A stretch of DNA of 46,128 nucleotides from Candidatus Nanohaloarchaea archaeon (GTDB taxonomy: Archaea; Nanohalarchaeota; Nanosalinia; Nanosalinales; Nanosalinaceae): the NCBI GenBank assembly GCA_042217695.1, contig JBDGSE010000041.1, positions 1 through 46,128 on the forward strand. Direction: 5' to 3'. The translations under genes and the position numbers were made by a program. Of the stretch, positions 1 through 7,085 are shown piece after piece (position 1 is the first letter of the stretch; every line of letters starts with the position of its first letter). A model generated the notes under the pieces. It saw nothing but the letters and a program-made list of their open reading frames with translations. It ran no database searches and was not told the origin of the DNA.

Positions 1-140
1 TGGGCGGGGAGAACGACCCGAACACTTCACACACCACGAACCCGGTTCCACTTATCGGCGTGAACACCGAGAAAGAACTCGGAAGCGGGGAACTATGGTC
101 GGTTGAGAATATAGTCGAAGATTTACTGGGGCTATCCTAG
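1..140 (+). CDS. gpmI: C-terminal fragment of 2,3-bisphosphoglycerate-independent phosphoglycerate mutase (partial, window edge)
   Basis: Frame starting at base 3 reads GGENDPNTSHTTNPVPLIGV...DLLGLS* (stop 138-140). The T-x-HTTNPVP motif is typical of the iPGAM C-terminus. Not in the ORF track. Confidence 0.75.
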   Translation, partial: GGENDPNTSHTTNPVPLIGVNTEKELGSGELWSVENIVEDLLGLS

Positions 141-419
141 GGGACATTTGGCGTCTACTGTTTCCCCGGATTTATCGCAGTTAAGACCTTTATCTGCCTG
201 GAACCTCTCCTTGATATTCTGTGCCTCGGTGGCTCCCGGGTGTGTGCAACCCCCCGCCTGTTTGTACTTGGTCTGGAGGAGTTCGCACTGGGCGCTGCTG
301 CTCTGGTTCCCGAGGAAATCGTCGAAGGCCATTGCCTTCCCCTGGAAGATGAATAGAACGGCGAGCGCTGTAACCATCACAACGGTCGCCACCAGTATGA
401 TCTCGATGGTCTTGTCCAT
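132..419 (-). CDS. Pilin-like protein, 95 aa, no basic leader
   Basis: N-terminal hydrophobic helix (MDKTIEIILVATVV...), small globular domain with 4 Cys, last gene of the pilin run. Confidence 0.7.
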   Translation of the reverse strand: MDKTIEIILVATVVMVTALAVLFIFQGKAMAFDDFLGNQSSSAQCELLQTKYKQAGGCTHPGATEAQNIKERFQADKGLNCDKSGETVDAKCPLG

Positions 420-428
420 ATTACTCCA

Positions 429-770
429 CTATGAACAACTCGTACCTTCTTCTATACCTTTCCAGCTACCGGTGTTGTCAGTGACACAGATCTCTTCATG
501 GTAGTTGTTGCCACTGCCTGACGGGTCAGCTAGTGAGGAAATGACTGCGCTGTTCTGTCTGATGCAGTTAGCAGGCGTCTTGAAGGTGGCTCCTGCCCCC
601 ATGGTGGAGGCACGTGATTGAATTGCAGCCCGGCAGGCGTTGCTCTGGGAGCCCCCTACAAGATTGGAGAGGGAGCTCTGTGTTGAGAATACCAGTACAA
701 GGGCTATCATCATCATTACTGCGGCCGCGATGATGAGCCAGAGTATCTGTGAAAGACCCTTCCTCCGCAT
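429..770 (-). CDS. Type IV pilin with class III signal peptide
   Basis: MRRKG|LSQILWLII followed by a hydrophobic helix; 4 Cys in the globular domain. Confidence 0.85.
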   Translation of the reverse strand: MRRKGLSQILWLIIAAAVMMMIALVLVFSTQSSLSNLVGGSQSNACRAAIQSRASTMGAGATFKTPANCIRQNSAVISSLADPSGSGNNYHEEICVTDNTGSWKGIEEGTSCS

Positions 771-792
771 ATTACCTCTTTGGTGAGACCGG

Positions 793-800
793 TATAAAAA
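793..800 (-). promoter_or_regulatory. Putative TATA box for the 770 pilin
   Basis: TTTTTATA on the minus strand, 23-30 nt upstream of the ATG. Confidence 0.5.
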
Positions 801-810
801 TGCTTTCCAG

Positions 811-832
811 AGAAAAAAGAGGAGAGAAAAAG
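811..832 (-). terminator. U-rich archaeal terminator after alba
   Basis: Pyrimidine/oligo-T tract on the minus strand just downstream of the alba stop. Confidence 0.5.
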
Positions 833-843
833 GGGCTGAGTCC

Positions 844-1122
844 CTAGTGCATGAGATCTATCTGTATCGAGGAAACGTTCAGTTCGTCTCCTTCATCTGT
901 CTCGATCTCGTCCGTGCCAATGGTGATGTCGTCTACCTCGGCGTCCTCTACAAACCTGTCTCTGACGATTTCCGCGACGTCGACTGCGCGGGAAATGGCC
1001 TTACCTCGTGCTTTAACGTGTACTGTGTCGTTTCCTTCGCTGAACTGGGTTACTACCGCGAGAACGTAGCTCATCGCTGGTTTGGAACCGACGTATACTG
1101 TGTTGTCGTCTTCTTCTGCCAC
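844..1122 (-). CDS. albA: DNA/RNA-binding protein Alba
   Basis: [15 protein letters not shown] and [15 protein letters not shown] signatures; GTG start preceded by an AGGTGA Shine-Dalgarno. Confidence 0.97.
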   Translation of the reverse strand: MAEEDDNTVYVGSKPAMSYVLAVVTQFSEGNDTVHVKARGKAISRAVDVAEIVRDRFVEDAEVDDITIGTDEIETDEGDELNVSSIQIDLMH

Positions 1123-1176
1123 TGTCGTGTCACCTGAAAAGGTATTGTGGATTCAAAATTATAAATTCTGCCGCTG

Positions 1177-2391
1177 TCAGTCGTTCTTGAAGTTGTGGTA
1201 GTAGGTCTCGATGTTGAGGGCAAGATGTTTCCAGCCATCCGAGGTAGGTATCCGGTACTTCGAGTCCTTCATGGTCCAGAAGACCTCTGATTCCACAGGT
1301 GTCACCGTCACCGAGATATCGTATCTGTCGTCGGGACATACCTGGTAGTCATCGGATGGGTCGTCAGGGGTGCCGGCGTCGTTCATGTAGCAGTTACAGC
1401 AGCTGGTACAGCTGGTCGAGGAGGAACTGGTGCTCTCCGCCTCGAATTTTGTGTAATAGGTGGTTTGCTCGGTGTTCCCGTCCTCGTCTGTAACTGTGAG
1501 GGTGATCCAGTAATCCTTTATCCTGCTCTGGTTCAGTTTAAGTCCGGGGTAGCGCGGGAACTGTGACTCCACCTTGCTGTACTGGTTCTTCACGGTCTGG
1601 TTTATCTCTGCGACCGCCTTTCTCTGTAGTGTGGTGAAATCGCTGGTACCCAGCTTGTTTTCGCAGATAGATTTTGAGGACTTCGTCACAGGTTTCACAT
1701 GTTTCTTCCAGCGTGGCCTGACTCCGGTTACAGCGTTTGAGTTGTTGAAGAACTGGATGGCCTCGTTTATCAGGAGGTTGTACCTGTTGTCGGAGGCGTT
1801 CAGCACCGTCCTGAACTGGCCGCTTCCCCTGTAATTGACATCTCCCGCAGCGTAACTGCATTTTACCTGGACGGATTCAGGGCCACCGTAGGGATAGAAC
1901 GTTGTTACCTCGACGTTCTGTATATTGGAGTTGAACAGGCCGGATATCCAGGTTGTGAAACCTCTCTGCGGGAATGTACATGTACCGGTTGCCGCCTTCT
2001 TGTAGGTGGTGTTCAGGTACCTCTCGGTTACGTCCTCCCAGTGGAAAAGCAGGCTCGTGGCAGTTATACGGTCCTGGCTGTAGCCTCCGTAGTGGGCCGC
2101 TGCCGAGTATCCCAGTTTGTCGTACCGCCACTCAAACTTTTCTCCGCCACCCTTCCAGGCCATGTCGAAGCTGGCGTTGTGCGCCGAGTAGACGGAGCCC
2201 ATCGGGATGTAGTTGTAGAAGTAGAGGTTTCCGTAGGATTTTGCCTCTGCCAGCCGGTTCAGGTCCGTGAAGGATTCTGTTAGCTGTCCGCTGAACGCCT
2301 GTGATATCGGTATGGACTGGAATGAGAGTATCCCGGCCATGAGGAACAGTATCATCATGGGCACGACTCCGGATAGGCTTCCCTTTCTCAG
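1177..2391 (-). CDS. Large minor pilin/adhesin; proposed CTG start (404 aa)
   Basis: In-frame extension gives (M)RKG|SLSGVVPMMILF, a class III signal; GGTG lies 7 nt before the CTG; Cys-rich C-terminal loop. The ORF track starts at 2364. Confidence 0.7.
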   Translation of the reverse strand: MRKGSLSGVVPMMILFLMAGILSFQSIPISQAFSGQLTESFTDLNRLAEAKSYGNLYFYNYIPMGSVYSAHNASFDMAWKGGGEKFEWRYDKLGYSAAAHYGGYSQDRITATSLLFHWEDVTERYLNTTYKKAATGTCTFPQRGFTTWISGLFNSNIQNVEVTTFYPYGGPESVQVKCSYAAGDVNYRGSGQFRTVLNASDNRYNLLINEAIQFFNNSNAVTGVRPRWKKHVKPVTKSSKSICENKLGTSDFTTLQRKAVAEINQTVKNQYSKVESQFPRYPGLKLNQSRIKDYWITLTVTDEDGNTEQTTYYTKFEAESTSSSSTSCTSCCNCYMNDAGTPDDPSDDYQVCPDDRYDISVTVTPVESEVFWTMKDSKYRIPTSDGWKHLALNIETYYHNFKND

Positions 2392-2972
2392 TGTTGACCA
2401 CCCACCTTGTAGATGTTCTTTGAGGTTTCAGTCCACAGCGTTATGGTTGCACTCCGGCCTGCTGTCAACGCAAGAGGATAGCTTATCCGGGAGTACCTTG
2501 CGGACGGGGTGTAGGTGCCGACGCTGATCTTCTGGGGGCGTCTGGGGGCATCCGAGTTTATCTTCACGCGCCAGTCGACCTTGAACGGTCCCTCGATCCA
2601 TGATTTGTTCATCTTGTACCCGATGTAGGATTTTATGTCGGAGCGTAGTACGGATTTGCTTATACGTTTGCCGTCCAGGTAGATGTAGTCTCCCGGGGTC
2701 GAGAAGTAGTATGATATTATCTTGTAAGCTTTCTCCTCGCTGTACTTCCCGTAGGGTACCTCGGGTGAACGCCACATGTAGTCGTTCATCATCGAGGTGA
2801 TGGTGGATCTCTTTCTTACCTCTCCCAGGCGGTAACTGATGCTCTTCTCCACGCTGTTCTCGATGATGTTACCGGTGCTCATGAATACTATGAATATCAC
2901 CAGTGCCAGCATGACAGACATTGCGAACAGTATGTCCTCGATGATGACACCCTGGCCTTTACGAGATCGGAT
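2388..2972 (-). CDS. Minor pilin; proposed ATC start (194 aa)
   Basis: In-frame extension gives (M)RSRKG|QGVIIEDILFAMSVML; GGTG lies 7 nt before the ATC. The ORF track starts at 2921. Confidence 0.7.
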   Translation of the reverse strand: MRSRKGQGVIIEDILFAMSVMLALVIFIVFMSTGNIIENSVEKSISYRLGEVRKRSTITSMMNDYMWRSPEVPYGKYSEEKAYKIISYYFSTPGDYIYLDGKRISKSVLRSDIKSYIGYKMNKSWIEGPFKVDWRVKINSDAPRRPQKISVGTYTPSARYSRISYPLALTAGRSATITLWTETSKNIYKVGGQH

Positions 2973-3495
2973 AGATATACACCCTTGCCGGTAGTACAGG
3001 ATTGTGTTTTGCCTTTCTTACAAGGAGGGCCTCGCTGAAAACTGTCTGACTGCGGTCGCCTTTCTCCGTTGTACAGTGGAGCTCTCTTGGATCGTTTGGC
3101 GTATGCTTCTGGACATCGTAGAGAGGTTTGATGTAGATCCCGAAGTTCTCGCCGTCAAGCCCTGCAACTTTTTCTATATAGCAGTGACCGTTTTTCTTCT
3201 TGTAGCCTATCTCCCCCGGAGAATTCTTCCTGTTGGTGAAGAACTCTACAGGTATAACTGCTCTCCTGTGGTCGTACTGGTACTCGCGGTAGGTCTTGCT
3301 CAGTTCTTCCTCGGTGGCGTCCACGGAAAGCGTGTTTTCAAGCACCACCACCGCGGGATAATCCTGGGTGTTAACCTTCTGGATCTTGAAGGCTACTGTC
3401 CGGAGCCCGGAGAAATATACTCCGAGAACCACCAGAAGGCCTATACCGAGTATTACTGCATAGACGATTTTCGAGGTGATGTTGGTGGTGTCCAT
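2959..3495 (-). CDS. Pilin-like single-TM protein, 178 aa
   Basis: N-terminal hydrophobic helix, Cys pair, closely spaced with neighbours in the pilin operon. Confidence 0.7.
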   Translation of the reverse strand: MDTTNITSKIVYAVILGIGLLVVLGVYFSGLRTVAFKIQKVNTQDYPAVVVLENTLSVDATEEELSKTYREYQYDHRRAVIPVEFFTNRKNSPGEIGYKKKNGHCYIEKVAGLDGENFGIYIKPLYDVQKHTPNDPRELHCTTEKGDRSQTVFSEALLVRKAKHNPVLPARVYIYPIS

Positions 3496-3497
3496 CT

Positions 3498-3908
3498 TCA
3501 GCAGCCCCCTGTGGTTATATGCAGTACGGAATTGCCGGATTCAACCGTTTTTCTCAGGCAGAGATAGTTCTCAACCCTTCTGTAGGTCGAAGGCGCGTCC
3601 ACGCTATCGTATTTTACCATGTCCGGATTTATCTTTGCGGTTTTCTCCGTTCCCCTGAACTTCACGTAGACGGTATAGTCCTCCACCTTTATCCTGTAGT
3701 TGCTCATCTCGATCTCGATGTATCCCTCGGGAACGGAGCTCAGAGCCATCGCAGCGTTTGAAACTCTCTCCGCTTCGATACCTGCGCTCTGCTCCTTGAT
3801 GAATCCCGAGGTGAAACTCTGGGCTCCGTATATAACTCCCAGGAGAAGGAGAGCTGTCACCACGGATTCGGTTATGGAGAAAGGGTAACTGGCCTGTCCT
3901 CTGGACAT
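3498..3908 (-). CDS. Minor pilin with class III signal peptide
   Basis: MSRG|QASYPFSITE followed by a hydrophobic helix. Confidence 0.8.
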   Translation of the reverse strand: MSRGQASYPFSITESVVTALLLLGVIYGAQSFTSGFIKEQSAGIEAERVSNAAMALSSVPEGYIEIEMSNYRIKVEDYTVYVKFRGTEKTAKINPDMVKYDSVDAPSTYRRVENYLCLRKTVESGNSVLHITTGGC

Positions 3909-4388
3909 CTAACTCGCCTCTACGATGATGACGGGCGGGTTCTGTGTGCCGTCCTTGTGCTTTATGGAGACCGACCAGCTGCCTATACCCAGCTCGTGGC
4001 TGTTGGATACCGTGTTCTTTATCTTCACGTCGCACCCCGTTATCTGGTACTCTGCGTCCCCCGCTTCAGGGAAAACAAGTTTTAGGGTCTGCTCTGTAGC
4101 GCTATGTTCCTCGATGTAGAGCCTTTCCGCCCTTCTGAGAGTGAGACTCATGGTTATCGGGACGGTGGCAGCTCCCGTGGTCCCGCCGGTAACGTCCTTG
4201 CACTTGTTGTTGATGTTCGCCGCCAGTTCCTCAAAGTTCTGTCTGTCCCGGTCCTGAGCGGTCGAGGTCCCCAGCGTGTTCAGGAACTGGTATACAGGTA
4301 TCAGCCCCACCAGTACCACGAGCACACCTACAATGATGAATACTGCCGCGCTGGCGTTTAGACCCTTGCTAGATTTTGACTGGTCCAT
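3909..4388 (-). CDS. Minor pilin with class III signal peptide (159 aa)
   Basis: MDQSKSSKG|LNASAAVFIIVG; start reassigned from 4469 to the ATG at 4388. Confidence 0.8.
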   Translation of the reverse strand: MDQSKSSKGLNASAAVFIIVGVLVVLVGLIPVYQFLNTLGTSTAQDRDRQNFEELAANINNKCKDVTGGTTGAATVPITMSLTLRRAERLYIEEHSATEQTLKLVFPEAGDAEYQITGCDVKIKNTVSNSHELGIGSWSVSIKHKDGTQNPPVIIVEAS

Positions 4389-4596
4389 CTTTCTCCAGCT
4401 GGTCCGAGGTCTTGCAGTTCTGTGAAGGATTTTCCTTGTTCCGGAATATGCAGTTAAGCTTGTCTCCAAGATGTTCGCCGGTATTGGATATGTTTTCGCC
4501 GGCGGAGCTTGTGACGACGCTGGTAGCTCCGAAGAGAGCCACTATCACGATTATCACAAGTATTATCGCCACCAGGACCTGGATCGAGACTCTCAA
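4369..4596 (-). CDS. Small pilin-like protein, no basic leader
   Basis: TTG start after GGAGGT; MRVSIQVLVAIILVIIVIV hydrophobic helix; Cys pair. Confidence 0.7.
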   Translation of the reverse strand: MRVSIQVLVAIILVIIVIVALFGATSVVTSSAGENISNTGEHLGDKLNCIFRNKENPSQNCKTSDQLEKDGPVKI

Positions 4597-4599
4597 GGG

Positions 4600-4764
4600 T
4601 TAACCTCCGAACACTGTTACGTTTATCATGGAGTTGTTTTTACCGAATGTCTGGAGGAAACTCACTTTGTCGCTGAATATCATCCCCAGGACGGCTATAA
4701 CTACTACAGCCACAACAAGAGTAAGGAGCAGGCTGATGGAGATATCCATCCCTTTATGTTCCAT
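4600..4764 (-). CDS. Minimal pilin, 54 aa
   Basis: MEHKG|MDISISLLLTLVV; start reassigned from 4839. Confidence 0.8.
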   Translation of the reverse strand: MEHKGMDISISLLLTLVVAVVVIAVLGMIFSDKVSFLQTFGKNNSMINVTVFGG

Positions 4765-4801
4765 TACACCGGTTAATTGTCGCGCCGTGTTAAAATAGCT
4801 T

Positions 4802-4960
4802 TCAATTGCCGGGATCCGGCAGCTGTACGTTCCCCACAAAGTTGCCCATCAGGTCGTTGAACCATCCCTGGAAGCTTGCAAAGACCAGTACGAGCACCAT
4901 TATCCCAAGGACTATCACCGCCAGGGTCTTGATCGAGAGGTCGATGCCTTTCCGGTCCAT
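4802..4960 (-). CDS. Minimal pilin, 52 aa (not in ORF track)
   Basis: MDRKG|IDLSIKTLAVIVLGIMVLVLVFASFQGWFNDLMGNFVGNVQLPDPGN*; TATA box upstream. Confidence 0.85.
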   Translation of the reverse strand: MDRKGIDLSIKTLAVIVLGIMVLVLVFASFQGWFNDLMGNFVGNVQLPDPGN

Positions 4961-4978
4961 AGACCAGTTTATGTTCTC

Positions 4979-4989
4979 TTATATAAAAA
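4979..4989 (-). promoter_or_regulatory. Putative TATA box of a leaderless pilin transcript
   Basis: TTTTTATATAA on the minus strand, about 20-29 nt upstream of the ATG at 4960. Confidence 0.55.
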
Positions 4990-5008
4990 CAGTAAAGCCG
5001 GTCTGCGT

Positions 5009-6697
5009 TCACTGGTCTAGTATTGTTACTTCCTTCACTTTCAGTCGAGGTTTCGTTTTTGTCTGCCAGGATTCGAATACCAGCCTCCTGAAATCTCGGG
5101 TGGAGGCTGTTGTATAACTGTAGATTTGAGTTCCCTCCTCTTTGATCTTCCAGCTTATTGTGGGGTCTGCTTGGTTTGCCCCGGCGGTTTTGGTGAGTAT
5201 TATCGTGTACTCTTTTCCTGTCTCGTAATTTATACCGGTCTCCTCGTAGGTACCTCCCGGTTTCATGATCCAGATCTTGTCCCGCCCGTAGGCATCTGTG
5301 TTGATGTACGTTACGGTTTCCGACCTGCCGTCTCTTGCGTGGGCCTGTGCATCTATTTGAAGATGGCCTTTCTTCTGGAACTCTAAAACTATCCGTATCT
5401 TCTTGTCGCCGGGAGGTAGTCGCTGCCACACCAGGTAGTCTGAGAAGGCTGGAGAGTTCTCTGGTAGGAACGTGAACTCACTCCCTGTTACCTGGACCAC
5501 GTCGTTGTTTCCTCCAGTTGCCACCTTCGTGATATCGGTCGTCACCGTGCCGAGAACGGTAGGCCACTCTGGTTGATTCGGTTGCGACATATCGACTTTG
5601 TCTCCACAGGACTTGCCGAGCTCGGTTATCTGTATGAACGGATACTTGTAGGCGAAGCCTCTGAACTTTTCGCCGGCCTCTCCCGAGTTATGGGGTTCGC
5701 CCTTGTTGACCTGGATGTATCCCTCGTCGCCCGGGCAGAGCACGATCTGCTGGCGGCTCCCTTGGTTCTGGTATGCGGCATCGATCGGTGATGTTGTGAA
5801 CTGTAATTTAGTGGGGTCAGCATTCATTATCGCCTCGGTTGCAGCATAACAGTACAGTGACTCTGAGAAATCGCGGTTCGCGTCTTCGTAGAACCAGAGA
5901 GCGCGGTCATCTACATCCCCCCCCTCAAAGAAAACGTTGTAATTCTTTCCGCTGCCTACGAATCTTGCACCTGCTATAGCATCTCCTGCCAGTGCGCTCA
6001 CAAACGCCAGGGTTCCAGCTGCAGCTCCACATGCTCCGCCTCCTATAACGCCTATACCGGGTATGACGACCCCTCCTACAGATGCGCAGGCTATCCCGGC
6101 CGTAGTGCCGACTGTGGTTCCGGCTGTTATGCCTGCCTTAATTGCGCTCTGTCCACAGCTTTCCAGTGTCCGGTCGTAGAAGCTGCCTTTTGCAGCCCCC
6201 CTCAGATGGTTTTCGAGCCAGAGGTCTCCTGCGGTGTTTATAACCACTGGTTTGTTGCCGGTTACCTCGAACTTGACCCGGGAGTAGATGCCTTCCATGT
6301 CCTTACCGAGTTCCTGTACTGCGCCTTTCCCTTTCCCTCGGATGACGGTGGATGAGGCGCCCACGCATTCCGGATACCTGCCGAGGTAGGTGCCGCTGAG
6401 GGCGGGGTAGCCGTCTTCGTTGTTTTCCTGTGCCACCAATCCGTTTTTACCGCAGCCGTCGTTGCTGGCCCTCTGGTAGACGTATTTCGCAGCGGCCGAA
6501 AGGGTTTTTGCGCCCTTCTCTCCTCCCTCGATGTCGATGGTGAAGTCGGTGTTGTTCTGTATACGGCCGAAACCCATGTCCATGAGGTCTCCTATGGCGC
6601 CGGTCGTGATGGCTGAAAGCGTGACGCTGGCCACAAGAAGTCCGAGGGTGAGGGCGAGTATCGTCCCGACACCTATGGCGCCTTTTTCTTCTAGCAT
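5009..6697 (-). CDS. Large pilin-like adhesin (562 aa) with internal Gly/Ala-rich hydrophobic hairpin
   Basis: MLEEKG|AIGVGTILAL class III signal; about 60-aa glycine-zipper segment; beta-rich C-terminal domain. Confidence 0.8.
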   Translation of the reverse strand: MLEEKGAIGVGTILALTLGLLVASVTLSAITTGAIGDLMDMGFGRIQNNTDFTIDIEGGEKGAKTLSAAAKYVYQRASNDGCGKNGLVAQENNEDGYPALSGTYLGRYPECVGASSTVIRGKGKGAVQELGKDMEGIYSRVKFEVTGNKPVVINTAGDLWLENHLRGAAKGSFYDRTLESCGQSAIKAGITAGTTVGTTAGIACASVGGVVIPGIGVIGGGACGAAAGTLAFVSALAGDAIAGARFVGSGKNYNVFFEGGDVDDRALWFYEDANRDFSESLYCYAATEAIMNADPTKLQFTTSPIDAAYQNQGSRQQIVLCPGDEGYIQVNKGEPHNSGEAGEKFRGFAYKYPFIQITELGKSCGDKVDMSQPNQPEWPTVLGTVTTDITKVATGGNNDVVQVTGSEFTFLPENSPAFSDYLVWQRLPPGDKKIRIVLEFQKKGHLQIDAQAHARDGRSETVTYINTDAYGRDKIWIMKPGGTYEETGINYETGKEYTIILTKTAGANQADPTISWKIKEEGTQIYSYTTASTRDFRRLVFESWQTKTKPRLKVKEVTILDQ

Positions 6698-6894
6698 ATG
6701 GAGGTCCCTGTCATATCGGCGAGTATGCTTGCAAGACCTTTGAGGAATCCTGTGCAGCTGGCTGCTTCACCCGAGGCCTTTGCAGTGGGTATGAAGAAGC
6801 CGAGGAATACCACCGCGATCACGATGGCTATCAGTATGCTGACTATTATCCCTATAGGCATGTCGCCGAGACCTTTAGATTTTGAGCCAGTCAT
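6691..6894 (-). CDS. Small pilin, 67 aa
   Basis: MTGSKSKG|LGDMPIGIIVSIL; Cys pair. Confidence 0.8.
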   Translation of the reverse strand: MTGSKSKGLGDMPIGIIVSILIAIVIAVVFLGFFIPTAKASGEAASCTGFLKGLASILADMTGTSIC

Positions 6895-6938
6895 CGCCTT
6901 AAATCTTTATTGTAGTCTGCGCTTTAAGACCTTGTGCA

Positions 6939-7085
6939 TCAGTTTCCAGCGATTTGAAGTGCGTTGTCTAGGGTCGAGGAGATGGTGCTCCCCATAAGTT
7001 TCATCATCAGCAGGGCCGCTATCGCTCCCACTATCACCAGTATCAGGTACCGGTTTGCGGATACGGCTGCTCTATGCGATCGCAT
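6939..7085 (-). CDS. Minimal pilin-like protein, 48 aa (not in ORF track)
   Basis: MRSHRA|AVSANRYLILVIVGAIAALLMMKLMGSTISSTLDNALQIAGN*; GGAGG Shine-Dalgarno 8 nt upstream; overlaps the stop of the platform gene. Confidence 0.65.
   Translation of the reverse strand: MRSHRAAVSANRYLILVIVGAIAALLMMKLMGSTISSTLDNALQIAGN

Noticed and set aside
420..4599. Stop-codon read-through producing pilin polyproteins (in-frame neighbours at 429/419, 3909/3908, 4600/4596)
   Set aside because: In-frame adjacency is common by chance, the stop codons differ (TAG, TAG, TAA), and each downstream gene has its own start codon with a purine-rich SD-like sequence
4389..4839. Longer starts given for pilin ORFs 3909-4469 and 4600-4839
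   Set aside because: They overlap upstream pilin genes; class III signals define starts at 4388 and 4764
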